A DNA stretch of 64,000 bases from Candidatus Marinacidobacterales bacterium (GCA_965219415.1 CBDCNP010000002.1:1-64000), one strand, 5' to 3'. Positions 50,619 through 62,620 are shown, numbered from the stretch's first letter. Notes: a model not told the origin generated them from the sequence alone. Translations and numbers: made by a program.

Positions 50619-52703
50619 ATGATGATCGGGAAAACGGTCCTGCACTACAAGATTTTGGAAAAACTCGGCCAAGGCGGCATGGGCGAGATCTATCGCGCCA
50701 CCGATCAAAAGCTCGGGCGTGAGGTGGCGCTCAAGGTGCTGCCTTCCGAGATGGCCTCGAGCCCGGAAAGGCTCGACCGGTTTCGGCGAGAAGCCAAAGC
50801 CCTAGCCGCGCTCGATCATCCCGGCATCGTCGGTGTCTTTTCGGTCGAAGAAGCGGACGGGGTTCACTTCCTGACGATGCAGTTAGTCGAAGGCCGGTCG
50901 CTCGATCAGGTCATCCCCAAGGGGGGGCTCCCGCTTGAAGCGCTCCTCAATCATGCGACGGCGCTTGCCGACGCGCTGGCTGCGGCCCATGAAAAAGGAA
51001 TCGTACATCGTGACTTGAAACCTGCGAACGTCATCGTCATGGACGGTGGACGGTTGAAGGTCTTGGACTTCGGCCTTGCCAAGATGTCGGCGCCACAGGA
51101 TGAGGGACTCGCCTACTCGGAGGCACCGACCGACGTTCAGACGCGAGAAGGCGTCGTGATGGGAACGGTTCCGTACATGTCGCCGGAGCAACTTTCTGGC
51201 CGGACGGTCGATCACCGATCGGACATCTTCTCGCTCGGCATCCTTCTTTATGAGATGGCGGCGGGACGGCGACCTTTCGAGGGACGGTCTTCGGTCGAGC
51301 TTGCGTCTTCGATCCTTCGGGATACTCCTCCACCGCTCAGCAAGGCGCGCCCGGAGTTACCGGCGGAGCTCGAGCGGATCCTCTCGCGATGCTTGGAGAA
51401 GGAAGCGGCAAGCCGCTATCAGAGCACCTCGGAACTTCTGGTAGCGTTGGCGGCGCTCGGGCGTGGGGAGGAAGCGAAGCCGTCGACCGATACGGCTCCT
51501 TCGCTACCGACGAGTCCCTCTATTGCGGTACTCCCCTTTCGAAATCAAAGCGGGGACCCCGAGCAGGAGGCCTTCGCTTCCGGCATCACAGAGGACATCA
51601 TCAGCGGGCTCACGCAAAGCAGCTTGCTCTTCGTGATGGCGAGCAGTGCAACCGAACGCTACCGCGATAAGTCCATCGACGTCCGGGAAATCGGTCGGGA
51701 GCTCGAGGCGCGCTACGTCCTGCAAGGAGCCGTCCGGAAGGCCGGCGATCGGCTTCGCGTTTCGGCCCAGCTCATTGACGCGTCGACTGGCATACAGGTG
51801 TGGTCGCAGAAGTACGATCGGAACCTCTCCGCCAGTGACGTCTTCGATGTCCAGGACGAGATCCGCGAGCAAATCGTGGCGACGATCAGCGACGTCCATG
51901 GCGTGGTCTACTCGGCAGGCCTCGATGAGGCCCGGAGTCGCCCCACCGAGAATCTGAGCGCATACGAATGCGTTTATGTGGCGCTAGCCTATGACAAAAA
52001 CCTGAGCGTGGAGAACCACCTCCGTGCTCGCGAGAGCTTAGAGCGTGCGGTCGAGTTGGATCCCGAATACGCGCTGGCCTGGGGTTATCTATCGTGGATC
52101 TACACCGACGAGTACATCTACGGCTTCAATCCCCTACCCGAATCCATGCCCCGGGCGCTCCGGGTCGCCCGTCGCTCCGTCGAGCTCGCTCCGACGAACC
52201 ACATCACGCGCTGGCTGCTGTCGCGCGTCTACTTCTTCCGCCGGGAGCTCAGTCAGTTTTTTGCCGAAGCCGAGAAATCACTCGAGCTCAACTCCAGTGA
52301 AGGTACAACCTTGGGCCTCGTCGGCATGTATACGGCCTTCGGCGGGAAATGGGATCGGGGACTCGCCCTCATGCGTAAGGCCACCGTGCTGAACCCCCAT
52401 TATCCCGGCTACTACCACTTGGTCTTCGGCGCCGCGCACCTTCGCGAAGGCAGGCACGAAGAGGCTCTCCTTGAATACGAGAAGATGGCACTTCCGGGAT
52501 GGTTCCTGGCTCAGATCCCGCTCGTAGCAGTGAACGGGCTCCTCCGCCACGAGAAAGAAACCCAAGCGGCGATGGCCCACCTTCTCGAGCTTCGTCCCGG
52601 TTACAACCTCGAGCAGTGTGCGGAAGACCTCCGCAGGTTCGGATTCCCAGAAGATGTCGTCGAGCCGCTGCTCGCGGGGCTGAAGACGGCGGGGTTGCCC
52701 TAA
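50619..52703 (+). CDS. Ser/Thr protein kinase with TolB-like and TPR domains
   Basis: LGQGGMGEIY, HRDLKPANV, DFG, SIAVLPF, TPR-like helices. Confidence 0.92.
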   Translation: MMIGKTVLHYKILEKLGQGGMGEIYRATDQKLGREVALKVLPSEMASSPERLDRFRREAKALAALDHPGIVGVFSVEEADGVHFLTMQLVEGRSLDQVIPKGGLPLEALLNHATALADALAAAHEKGIVHRDLKPANVIVMDGGRLKVLDFGLAKMSAPQDEGLAYSEAPTDVQTREGVVMGTVPYMSPEQLSGRTVDHRSDIFSLGILLYEMAAGRRPFEGRSSVELASSILRDTPPPLSKARPELPAELERILSRCLEKEAASRYQSTSELLVALAALGRGEEAKPSTDTAPSLPTSPSIAVLPFRNQSGDPEQEAFASGITEDIISGLTQSSLLFVMASSATERYRDKSIDVREIGRELEARYVLQGAVRKAGDRLRVSAQLIDASTGIQVWSQKYDRNLSASDVFDVQDEIREQIVATISDVHGVVYSAGLDEARSRPTENLSAYECVYVALAYDKNLSVENHLRARESLERAVELDPEYALAWGYLSWIYTDEYIYGFNPLPESMPRALRVARRSVELAPTNHITRWLLSRVYFFRRELSQFFAEAEKSLELNSSEGTTLGLVGMYTAFGGKWDRGLALMRKATVLNPHYPGYYHLVFGAAHLREGRHEEALLEYEKMALPGWFLAQIPLVAVNGLLRHEKETQAAMAHLLELRPGYNLEQCAEDLRRFGFPEDVVEPLLAGLKTAGLP

Positions 52704-52715
52704 AGTCTTCGATAG

Positions 52716-53505
52716 TTAGTCCAGCCGCTCGATGGCATCGCCCTTTCTCACGATCCCTTCCACCAAAACGGCGCCGTACACGCCCGCCTTGCCGTCGTGG
52801 GCTTTGGCCACTTTACGCAGGACTTCGCCGTTCGATTCACCGGTGTCGGGATCCAATGTGATCATCTTGCAGCGCGGGTCGCGCTCGAGAACCGAGAGTA
52901 CTGCCTTCGACCCGATTCGAAGCGAGTGTCCGATGAAAGTATCCTCGCCGAAACCGTCGGCGGATTGTAGGTCCACATAGATGTTGGCGCGGAAACGCCG
53001 CTGGTCGATCTCGGTCCCGACCTCTTCACCGAGCTGCCGTGCCGTTTGAACTGCAAACATCGAGACGGGCCGGCAATCTGTCATCGCCCGATCCGACCGT
53101 GATAGGGTGAGCTGGTGCTTGTCACCCAACCCGTCTCGCAGCTTTTGGATCAGCGCGTCGTCGTCGATCGCTAGTGCGTCTCCAGACGGTGTCTCGACCT
53201 CCACCATGAAATCTGTCGGCCCGGCGAACACGGGCGTGACGCCCGGAGCTATGCCCTCCGCGTCTGCCAGATTGCCGGGCCGCAAGACGTTGGTCGCACC
53301 TCGGAACCGTGGGCGATAGCGAATCATCTCGCTCTGCTCGCGACCCGTGAACCACGGGAATCCCTTGGGGGCGGCCGAGCTCCTGAAGGCGAACTGGCGG
53401 TCGCCGTAGAATCCGGAGAATCCCATGAACGCCTTCCAACTCCTCGCCGCACATGTTTTTCACCGGATAACGCCAGAGACTTTGGACTTTGCCGATTGTA
53501 CTCAT
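52716..53505 (-). pseudogene. MOSC-domain protein, frameshifted near 53430
   Basis: LWRYPVKNM in one frame; GDRQFAF, RRFRANI and RCKMI in the next. Confidence 0.85.
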
Positions 53506-53630
53506 AGCGATCGCGTCCTTTCTAGAGTAGGGCGCCCTCCTCCTTTTTTGGGGCCCATCATGTTCTATTCGTCCTTTGCTACAAGGTCAGTTCTTGTTAC
53601 CATCCGACGCCTATGAAGGGAGTTCATAAC

Positions 53631-55316
53631 ATGCATCGACAGATCCGTACACGGCTGTTGTGGGGAATGTGTATCGCGCTCGGATTCACTTTCTGTGCAC
53701 CGATCGAGGATGCTTCCATGGAACCCCGTGGGGACTATGACGATCTCGTGGAGCTGTTCCTCGAGTTTCGTGAGCTGCAGGAAGTCAAAATCACGGACTG
53801 GGTTCCCGATTACACCTCCGCCGCCATGGACGTTCAGCGTCGCGGCCTATTGGATTTTATGCGTCGGCTGAAAGCTATCGATACCACCGATTGGCCGATA
53901 GACCAGAAAGTCGAGTATCACCTGGTGCGCTCGGAAATGAACGGGCTTGATTTTTACCTTCGAATCCTCAAACCGTGGTCGCGAGACCCCGGATTCTACC
54001 TTCAGACACAGGACGGCGGCGGCCCTGCCCGAGCCGGGCATCTTAGGGTCCGCGAAATGCCTATTCCTAAAGAGGACTTGGACGAAACACGAGCGAAGCT
54101 CAAGGCACTACCCACCATCCTAGAGCAGGCGAAAACAAATCTAACCGAGGGTGCGGGCGATTTGGCCTATTCGGCCCTTCATTACATGGACGCGGAGATT
54201 GGGTACCACCAAATGCTCCGCGATGCCATTGCAGAGCATCACCCGGAGCTCCTGGAGGATGCGGATGCAGCACTTACCTCGGTCATAAGTTACGGCAAAT
54301 GGCTCAAAGAGAACGAAAACCACATGACCGCCCCGGCCGGCGTGGGGAAGGAAAACTACAACTGGTGGATGAAGAACGTTCAGCTCGTACCCTACACCTG
54401 GGACGAGCTACACGACATCATCATGCGGGAAGACGATCGCCTCCTTACGACGATCGCCCTCGAGCGGAACCGCAACAGGCATCTACCGGAGTTGGCGCCG
54501 GTACCTACCCAGGCCGAGCACACTCGCCGCCGTGACGAGGCCCTGCAATTTGCCATGGAATTTATGGTGGAGCAGGACCTCTTCGACATTCCCGAATGGG
54601 CCGATGTGGACGAGTATCTTGGAAGAAGGCCGTTGGCGGGACAGCGGTGGGGCTACTATTTTGTGAATCGGTATGTAGGTTCCGGCGAAACGGGCGAATG
54701 GCCCGGCGTGCGGGATTTTTTCCATCAGACCGCGGACCGCGAACCACTCCCTGAACAAACACACGAGTTCATTGGTCACTATTTCGACCACGGTCGAAGC
54801 GCACGGGACAAAAACCCCATCCGCGGCACCGACCGGTTTTATGCGATCGACATGATCCGAATGGAGGGATGGGCGTTCTGGCTCGAAGAAATGATGATGC
54901 ACGCAGGGTATCTCGATACCCGTTCCGCCAGGGCGCGTGAAATCCCATACTGGCAGGCGGCCTTTCGTACCTGCCGCGCCATCGCCGACCTGAAGATGCA
55001 CAGCAATGAATTTTCACTTCAAGAAGCGATCGATTACGCCGTCGGCTGCGCCCCCAATGGTTGGCTGATTCCCGGCGGCCCCCATGCTTGGTATGAAATG
55101 CAGACCAACCTTCGCTACGTCGGCTGGCATATGGGAATGGTCATCGGAAAACTCGCCATCAACCACATCATCGCCGAACGGGTTCGACAACTGGGCAACG
55201 ACTTCAGCTATGAAGATTTCTTCGAAGACTTCTTCTCTGCTGGCCTCATCCCGCTCTCCCTCATCCGGTGGCAGATGACCGGTCTCGATGACGAAATGGA
55301 AATTCTGCGGCGATAG
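53631..55316 (+). CDS. DUF885-family protein
   Basis: Lipoprotein-like N-terminus; THEFIGH and EGWAFWLEE motifs. Confidence 0.8.
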   Translation: MHRQIRTRLLWGMCIALGFTFCAPIEDASMEPRGDYDDLVELFLEFRELQEVKITDWVPDYTSAAMDVQRRGLLDFMRRLKAIDTTDWPIDQKVEYHLVRSEMNGLDFYLRILKPWSRDPGFYLQTQDGGGPARAGHLRVREMPIPKEDLDETRAKLKALPTILEQAKTNLTEGAGDLAYSALHYMDAEIGYHQMLRDAIAEHHPELLEDADAALTSVISYGKWLKENENHMTAPAGVGKENYNWWMKNVQLVPYTWDELHDIIMREDDRLLTTIALERNRNRHLPELAPVPTQAEHTRRRDEALQFAMEFMVEQDLFDIPEWADVDEYLGRRPLAGQRWGYYFVNRYVGSGETGEWPGVRDFFHQTADREPLPEQTHEFIGHYFDHGRSARDKNPIRGTDRFYAIDMIRMEGWAFWLEEMMMHAGYLDTRSARAREIPYWQAAFRTCRAIADLKMHSNEFSLQEAIDYAVGCAPNGWLIPGGPHAWYEMQTNLRYVGWHMGMVIGKLAINHIIAERVRQLGNDFSYEDFFEDFFSAGLIPLSLIRWQMTGLDDEMEILRR

Positions 55317-55329
55317 AGAGGAGCATTCC

Positions 55330-56358
55330 ATGACGACAACAATCCGCTTGGCCCTCGTCGCCTGGCTCGCAGGCTGCGCAAACCAGGCGCCATCTTCTTC
55401 GGAGCCCGAATTCGAGCACGACATCGCCACAGCCGCTACGCCCTGGACTCACGAGCGTTTTGACGATTCCGAGGACAAGTTCACGTTCGCGATTTTCTCC
55501 GATTTGAATGGTGGAGAACGCGAGCAGGTTTTCGAAATCGCGGTAGCGCAATTGTCTTTCTTGCGCCCGGAGCTCATTGTCAGTCTTGGCGACCTGACCG
55601 ATGGCGGCACCGAGGATCGTGAAAAGCTGACAAGGGAATGGGGCAGCTTCGATCGACGGGCCAACAAGGCCACTGCACCGATCTTTTACGTAGGTGGCAA
55701 CCACGACCTCACCAACTAAACCATGCGGGAATTCTGGGCTGAGCGATACGGCTCCCGGTACTACTATTTTGTCTACAAGAACGTGTTGTTCTTGGTCTTC
55801 GATACGGAAGACTACGCGGCGGACCGAATGTGGGAGATTTACGTGGCTCGCGGCGCATACATCGAAACCCTGCTAGGGGATCACCCGGAAAAAGGCTCAG
55901 AAATGGAGTACTACCATATGCCCGAGCGACTGACCGGGGAGATTGGGACCGATCAATCGACCTATTTTCAAAAAGCCATTGCCGATCACCCAAACGTGCG
56001 TTGGACCCTGTTGTTCATGCACAAACCAGTCTGGCAAAGAGACGACGAACCAGAGTTTTCCGTCATCGAATCGGCTTTATCCGACCGTCCCTACACGGTT
56101 TTCAATGGCCACTTTCACAGCTATTCCCATACCGTCAAGAACAGTCGCGATTACATCATGTTGGGGACTACGGGTGGGGGCCAATCCGCGGAAAGCAACA
56201 TGCCTTTCGATCATGTCACGCTGGTAACGATGACCGACGAGGGCCCCTCGATAGGCAATCTCAAACTGGAAGGAATTCTCGATAAGACCGGCCACATCCC
56301 ATTGGACGGCGACAGCCAGTGCTTTCAGACGTCCGAGTGTGCCGCAGGGGGCCAGTAG
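55330..56358 (+). pseudogene. Calcineurin-like metallophosphoesterase with in-frame TAA at 55717-55719
   Basis: FSD, LGDL, GGNHD*, MHKP and GHFH all in one frame. Confidence 0.85.
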
Positions 56359-56476
56359 CAACCGAGAACCGCTTCTCCGATTTTCGATTTGTCACGGGCG
56401 CAGTCTTCACTTATTCTTCTGCGAACGACCGCCTAAATCCCTCAGCCCCCGACTCACTCGCGGTCGAAGAGGTCAA

Positions 56477-57094
56477 ATGGAAAGAGCCACGACAATACGG
56501 CTGGGGCTCCTCGTTTCCCTCCTATCGACGGTGCCTGCTAGGCCCGGCGCGGCGACGCCAAAAGAAGAGACTTGGATCCTCGTCGAGAGCCCCCATTTCA
56601 CAGTGGCGAGCAATGCGGGTGAAAAATGGGCTCGGCCGGTGGCAGCCGAATTCGAGAGAATCCGTGCCGTGTTCTTGAGCGCACTCGCGAACGCCGAGGA
56701 GGACCCTTACCAGCCCATCATCATCTTGGCAGTCAAGGGTGAGAAATCATACCTCGAGCTGCTACCAGAGTATTGGGAAACGGAAGGCCCGCGGCCGGCC
56801 GGAGTATTCCTGCAGGGAGCGGACAAACACTTCATGGCCCTACGCCTCGACGGGCGAAGAGGATTGCGCGCGGAGCTGATATACCACGAGTACTTCCACC
56901 TGTTGGCCGCGGTCAACTTTAGGTTGGTCCCGATTTGGGTCGCGGAGGGTAAGGCGGAGTTCTGGGGAAACACTGTCATTCGAGGCACGAAGGTGGAAAT
57001 GGGATTGCCGAACCAGAATTACATTCGGTATCTCGAGCGCCGGAGACTCATCCCCCTCGAGGAGCTCTTCGCTGTCGAAGATGACCCTCATCGA
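56477..57094 (+). pseudogene. DUF1570-like metallopeptidase/TPR protein, 5' part
   Basis: Signal peptide, SPHFTVASNA, HEYFH, WVAEGKAEF; ends at the IS256 IR. Confidence 0.78.
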
Positions 57095-58463
57095 GGATCC
57101 GTCCCGCTTCCCGTGGAAATAAGAATGGCGTAACCTCCGGTTAAGCAAAACGAAACCGCGCCTGGAAAGGCGAGGAGGAGGATTACGCCATGAAGAAGCC
57201 TTACCACCATATTGAAGGAGTCTGTAAGCGAGTACCGGGAGTTCGTCCAACTTCGGCTGCGTATGCGGGTACTGGAGGCGATCGAGGTTGTGCTCGAGGA
57301 AGAAGTCGACCAAGCGCTGGGGTGTTGTAGCTACGAGCGTGCGGAAGACCGCCGTGGATATCGCAACGGAGCCGAAACCCGTCGCGTGACGACGTCGGTG
57401 GGAACTCGCGAGCTCCGGGTGCCACGAGCCCGCGTGCGAGACGAGGAAACGGGAGAAACGACAGAGTTCAGGAGCGAGCTGTTGCCCCGGTACGCGCGCC
57501 GGACTCGTGAGGTCGACGAGGCGCTCTTGGGGACGTACTTGTCGGGCACAAATAGCCGCCGGGTCCGCAAAGCGCTGAAACCACTGCTCGGTGAGGAGCA
57601 CCTATCGAAGAGCGCGGTGTCTCGCGTGGTTAGCCGGCTGAAGGAGCGCTTCGAGGAATGGCAGAACCGTGCTCTCAGCGAGGAGGTCTACGCGATCGTT
57701 TACCTGGACGGCTTCCACCTGAAAGTGCGGATGGCGAAACGTGTGATCAGCGTACCCGTACTGGCCGCGCTCGGGGTCGCGCCAGACGGGCACAAACGTC
57801 TGTTGTCATTGCGTCTGGCGGTGAGCGAAGCCTCGACGCATTGGGGCTCCGTGCTGGAGGGACTCCAGGCTCGAGGACTCCGGGCTCCCAAGCTAGTGAT
57901 CAGCGACGGCCACAAGGGGCTGACGAAAGCGCTGGAGAAGTGGCCGGGGTGCCGGTTGCAGCGATGTACCGAGCACAAGCGCGCCAACTTGCTCCAACAT
58001 TGCCCGGCGCACGCACGCCGTGAGCTCCGGCGTGACTACAACCGGATCGTCTACGTCAAGAACGGGTTCGATGCTCGCAAAGCCTATGACGAGCTCGTCG
58101 CCAAGTGGACGCCTCTCGCGCCGGCCGTCGTCCGAAACCTAGAGGAGGCCGGTAATCAGCTGCTGACCTTCTACGAATTCCCTCGTGCCATGTGGAAATC
58201 GTTTCGAACGACCAAAGCTCTGGAGAATCTCAACCGCGAGTTTCGACGCCGGACGAAAACCCAAAGCGTCGTTCTCCAGCGAGGAGTCTGCGGTCGCTTT
58301 GCTGTTTGGGCTTATCGCCTCTGGCCAGATTCAACTACGACGCATCGACGGCTACCAACGTCTGAGCGAGGTTCTCGAACACGCGAAGGTTGCCGCCTGA
58401 TATGATACTCTGATGACGGAGTGGAGGGCGCCGTTCTTTTTCCACGGACCTCGGGACACATCC
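57095..58463 (+). mobile_element. IS256-family element copy B, 1369 bp; transposase 57190..58400 has 1-bp insertions near both ends
   Basis: Same IRs and nearly the same sequence as copy A, without the IS3 insert. Confidence 0.92.
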
Positions 58464-59500
58464 ACAAAATGGATACACCGGTCGACGTGGACGAGAAGGC
58501 GTTTACCGTCCGGGAGATTACTCCGGCCGAGTCGCTAGCCCTCCGAGGCAACTTTCTTGCTCATGGCACCAGACCCCTCAACGCAGTGCCGCTGTTGGAG
58601 GAAGCTCTGAGATTGGACCCGACTTCGACGATCGCCCACGAGAACATGGGCTACCTCCGTTTTCGCCTAGACGAACCAGAAGAAGCGGCGCGGTGGTTCG
58701 AGAAGGCGGTCGACCTCAACTCTGAAAGCTTCCTCTCGCATTACTACATGGCGATGCTGGCGGAGGGATTCGACGAGTTGGAAGCCAACGGTCGGGCCGA
58801 GAAAGCGTTGCGGAAATCCATCGAGCTAAATCCTCGGTTCGCTCCGGCCTATGCGGCGTTGGCAAACGACTATTTGCAGCGTCAAGAGAATCAGGACGAG
58901 GCCCTACAGCTTGCGCTCAAGGCACGCGAGCTCGAGCCCGCGAATCCTTCTAACTGGCTCACCGTGGGGTCGGCGCTCCTTGCCTTGGAACGTTTGGGTG
59001 AAGCGAACGCGGTTGGCGAGCGCGCTCTCTCGGCGTCGAAAACCGCCGAGGCGCGCACTGCGGCAGTGAGTTTCTTGCAGAACGTTAAGGAGTATGCCCA
59101 CTACCTAGCCTCTCGGTACCAGGCGGTCCTCGGCATGGCCGACGTCGAGGAAGGAAGTAACCCGGTGCGAGATGTTAACGGCGACCTGAACTTGGAAGGC
59201 TTGACGCACCGGCTGCGTTGGGTGACAGAGAACACCGCGGAAGTGACGGGACAGTTTTCGGCGTTGGAGTGTATTACCGATCAACGATTCGACGCCGTCA
59301 TTCTTTCTGGAGGGTCGAGATACGTGCTGGGTAGTTTGGGTGGACAGTCACTCAGCATCATGGAGCGCGGACAACACGTCCAAAAGTCCCTTCAGTGTGG
59401 CCCCCAGAGCGGAGAGGTGACCGCTCAGTACATCCCCACCGACGAGGTATCCGCCAGCACGGACGTCAGGGGAACACTACTTTCGCTGGATTTCAAATAA
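58464..59500 (+). pseudogene. TPR-containing 3' part of the DUF1570-like gene
   Basis: TPR-like repeats (LEEALRLDP, FEKAVDLNS, SIELNPRFAPAY). Confidence 0.75.
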
Positions 59501-59530
59501 CTGCGTCGCGCCGGCTTCCCAGGAGGAGTC

Positions 59531-59860
59531 ATGAAACCAAGGTCTCTCTACGTTGCCTTGTGCGTACTAGGCACCGTCTTGCCGTACACTCAGTTCGTTC
59601 CCTTTCTGCGTCAGCACGGTCTCGATCTGGGCTTGTTTTCCGAAACAATTTTTCTCCACCTGGATCGGCGGATTCTTTGGCATGGACGTCATTGTCTCCT
59701 CGCTCGTCCTTTGGGTCTTCGTTCTCGTCGACGGCGACGTCTGACAATGAAACACCTCTGGGCACCGATCGTCGCGAGCCTCACCGTGGGCGTTTCCCTC
59801 GGGCTACCCCTTTTCCTCTACATGCGAGAAGTCCGGCTGGCCCGCTCAGCGTCGGCGTAG
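59531..59860 (+). pseudogene. DUF2834-like small membrane protein with compensating frameshifts
   Basis: LYVALCVLGTVLPY and TVGVSLGLPLFLYMRE flank an out-of-frame FFGMDVIVSSLVL segment. Confidence 0.65.
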
Positions 59861-59971
59861 CTCCTGCGAGCGAGTATCCTCGAGCTGATTCTCTGCCGGT
59901 TGAAATCGGTTGCGAGTACAGAATGAGATCCGCCTCCGTAACTAACGAGCGCACGTAGAGAGGAGAATCAT

Positions 59972-60384
59972 ATGAAGCGAGAATCGGTGAATCCTTGGGA
60001 CTGGGGTCTTAAATGGAGCATGGATCAAGGCGAGATCGTAGAGGGCGCCAGTCGACATCTTCACTGTTCCGGGCAAGTCGCACTCAAACCGGATCCAGAT
60101 GCGGAGCACGGCGTTTCCGTGGTGTCTCCGGGCGAGATCCGAGGGCAGATGGAATCCGCATTGGCCAACATCGATGCGGTATTGACCAAGGCCGGAATGA
60201 ACCGCAAAAACATCGTCGGCCTGCGTTTTTTTCAACCGACATTGATGGATTCCTCGCTAACTACGACGTCTACGCGAGTTGGATCGGTGAGGCGGGGACC
60301 CGACCGCCCCAGTCACTGCTCGGAATCCAGCGGCTTGTGTTTCCTGAGCTCATGGTCAAGATCGAGGCCGATGCGGCCGCATAG
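59972..60384 (+). pseudogene. RidA/YjgF-family protein, frameshifted in the T run near 60230
   Basis: LHCSGQV and ALANIDAVL in one frame; FPELMVKIEADAAA in the next. Confidence 0.82.
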
Positions 60385-60404
60385 AGCAAATTACGGAGGT
60401 CAAC

Positions 60405-60755
60405 ATGATCAACGGTGCGCATTCCATCATCTACAGCAAGAGTCCTGAAGACGACCGGACTTTCCTGCGCGACGTCTTGAAGCTGCCCAACGTGGACGTC
60501 GGAGACGGATGGCTGATCTTTGGATTGCCACCGGCCGAGGTGGCGGTGCATCCATCCGAGAAGAACGACGTGCATGAATTCTACTTGATGTGCGAGGACG
60601 TCGAGGCGCTCATCGCGGAGATGAAACAGCACAAGGTCGAATGTAGTTCGGTGCAGAATCTAGGCTGGGGATTGCTCACACAGGTCACGCTGCCAGGCGG
60701 CGGCAAACTAGGTATCTATCAGCCTCGGCACGCGCGGCCGGAGAGTCTGGCCTGA
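60405..60755 (+). CDS. VOC/glyoxalase-family protein
   Basis: GAHSIIYS, PPAEVAVHP, GGGKLGIYQPRH. Confidence 0.85.
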   Translation: MINGAHSIIYSKSPEDDRTFLRDVLKLPNVDVGDGWLIFGLPPAEVAVHPSEKNDVHEFYLMCEDVEALIAEMKQHKVECSSVQNLGWGLLTQVTLPGGGKLGIYQPRHARPESLA

Positions 60756-62272
60756 TGAGCCTTTCGCGACGTCGGCTGTTGGCTTTAATGGGAGGAGGCT
60801 TCCTTGCGTCCTGCTCTTCTAATTCAGATTCAATGATGGATTCTCCGTCGTCTGGCGACGCCGATGCCGGAGCACTTCCGTTCGCTAGCCTGAGGGAAGT
60901 CGCACGCTTGATGGAGTCGAAGCGACTCTCACCCGTCGAGCTTACACAAATGATGCTGGACCGGATCGCGGTCGTCGACCGCCGGCTCAAGAGCTACGCA
61001 ACCGTGATGGCCGATCACGCCCTCGCCGCAGCCCGCGCGGCCGAGAAGGAGATTCACGCGGGAAACTACCGCGGACCGCTTCATGGTGTGCCGATCGCAG
61101 TCAAAGATCTCTGTTACACAAAGGGCGTCCGCACAATGGGGGGCCTCGGCGTTTTGGCCGACTTCGTCCCGGACTATGACGCGACGGTGGTGTCGAAGCT
61201 CGAACAAGCGGGTGCGGTTCTGCTGGGTAAGTTGAACCTGACAGAAGGTGCGATGGCGGGGTACCACCCCGATTTCGAAATACCCGTGAACCCTTGGCGG
61301 GATGACTTGTGGGCGGGTGCGTCATCGAGTGGCTCGGGTGTCGCCACCGCCGCCGGTCTGTGCTTTGCCTCTCTCGGCTCAGACACCGGAGGATCCATCC
61401 GTTTTCCCACGATGGCCAACGGAATCGTCGGTCTGAAGCCCACGTACGGCCACGTCAGTCGCTATGGCGTTTTGGCCCTCGCCGCCTCATTGGATCACGT
61501 GGGACCGATGACCCGTCGAGCCGCCGATGCAGCCATTGTTCTGGAGGCGATCGCGGGCTTCGATCCGAACGACCCAACATCGTTGCAAGAACCGGTACCG
61601 AACATGCTCGAGGGTCTCGCCAGCGGCGTAGACGGCGTGCGCATCGGTTTCGATCGGAAGTTTGCCACCGCGGGCATCGACCCCACCCTCGTCGCCTCGA
61701 TCGACGAGGCACTAGCCCAATTGGAACGGTTGGGTGCAGAAGTGCGGGAAGTGGAGCTACCGGAGTGGACAGATGAAGTTCAGCAAGCGTGGTTCACCAT
61801 CTGCGCGTCCGAGGCCCGCTCCGCCCACGAGGCCAACTATCCTTCCCGCGCAAACGAGTACGGAGAGTATCTCCGCGAGTTTCTCGCGCAGGCTGCAGAC
61901 TTGACAGACGCGGACTACGCGGCCGCCACCCAGCTCCGGACCGAATTCAACGGTGGCTTCCGAGCCGCGTTATCGAAGGTGGATGCCATCCCGAGTCCGG
62001 CGGCCGGAATCCCGTTCGCCTTCTCCCAAGAATCGCAACGTGGTGGCATGGACGAATTCGATCGATTGATTGAGAACCTCGAGACGCGTTTCACTTTCCC
62101 GGCCGACTTCGCGGGTACACCCACTCTGTCCCTTCCCTGCGGCTTCACGGAAGACGGCCTGCCACTGACGATTCAGTTCATGGGGCGCCGACTGAGTGAG
62201 CCGATGTTGTGTCGGATCGGCCATAGCTACGAAGAATCGACCGGATGGCACGAGAAGCATCCCGAGGTGTGA
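60755..62272 (+). CDS. Amidase-signature enzyme with Tat lipoprotein-like signal
   Basis: SRRRLL...LASC; LHGVPIAVKD, GASSSGS, GSDTGGSIRFP. Confidence 0.92.
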   Translation: MSLSRRRLLALMGGGFLASCSSNSDSMMDSPSSGDADAGALPFASLREVARLMESKRLSPVELTQMMLDRIAVVDRRLKSYATVMADHALAAARAAEKEIHAGNYRGPLHGVPIAVKDLCYTKGVRTMGGLGVLADFVPDYDATVVSKLEQAGAVLLGKLNLTEGAMAGYHPDFEIPVNPWRDDLWAGASSSGSGVATAAGLCFASLGSDTGGSIRFPTMANGIVGLKPTYGHVSRYGVLALAASLDHVGPMTRRAADAAIVLEAIAGFDPNDPTSLQEPVPNMLEGLASGVDGVRIGFDRKFATAGIDPTLVASIDEALAQLERLGAEVREVELPEWTDEVQQAWFTICASEARSAHEANYPSRANEYGEYLREFLAQAADLTDADYAAATQLRTEFNGGFRAALSKVDAIPSPAAGIPFAFSQESQRGGMDEFDRLIENLETRFTFPADFAGTPTLSLPCGFTEDGLPLTIQFMGRRLSEPMLCRIGHSYEESTGWHEKHPEV

Positions 62273-62350
62273 CGTTTTCGCGGTTTTCCCGATTGCTAGA
62301 CCGTCCGCTGCGGTAGAATGAAAGCCGGCTCGTTAAACTGGAGGTCTGCC

Positions 62351-62620
62351 GTGAAAACCATCGTGAATAAGACGCACGGATCCCTTAAGGTTCCTTTGCC
62401 ACGCGGCAAGACGCTTCGCCTCGGGCTCGGCCAGGTCGGGCAAATCGCGGATGAACATCTGGAGCACAAACCTCTCAAACGTCTGATCGAAGCGGGCAAA
62501 ATCGAACTCCAAGGGACCGGCTCTACCAAGGGCGCCTATCGCGACCGTGGACGGTCTCCTCACGAGTCGACGCGCGGCCGCAAGGTGCCGGCTACGTCGC
62601 AGGGGAAGGGCGACCGCTGA
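62351..62620 (+). CDS. Small basic hypothetical protein
   Basis: GGAGG SD before GTG; 89 aa. Confidence 0.65.
   Translation: MKTIVNKTHGSLKVPLPRGKTLRLGLGQVGQIADEHLEHKPLKRLIEAGKIELQGTGSTKGAYRDRGRSPHESTRGRKVPATSQGKGDR

Noticed and set aside
7987-55719. Stop-codon recoding (TAG readthrough, pyrrolysine or alternative code) suggested by in-frame stops at 7987, 11125 and 55717
   Set aside because: The stops are mixed (TAG, TAG, TAA). The one at 11125 replaces the Glu of an HxxE motif, a simple GAG>TAG change. TAG also terminates ordinary genes here.
18261-58463. 40-kb composite transposon bounded by the two direct IS256 copies
   Set aside because: The outer flanks do not match (GACTTCCC vs ACAAAATG), the interval contains core lepA-hemW, and copy B sits inside a single gene.
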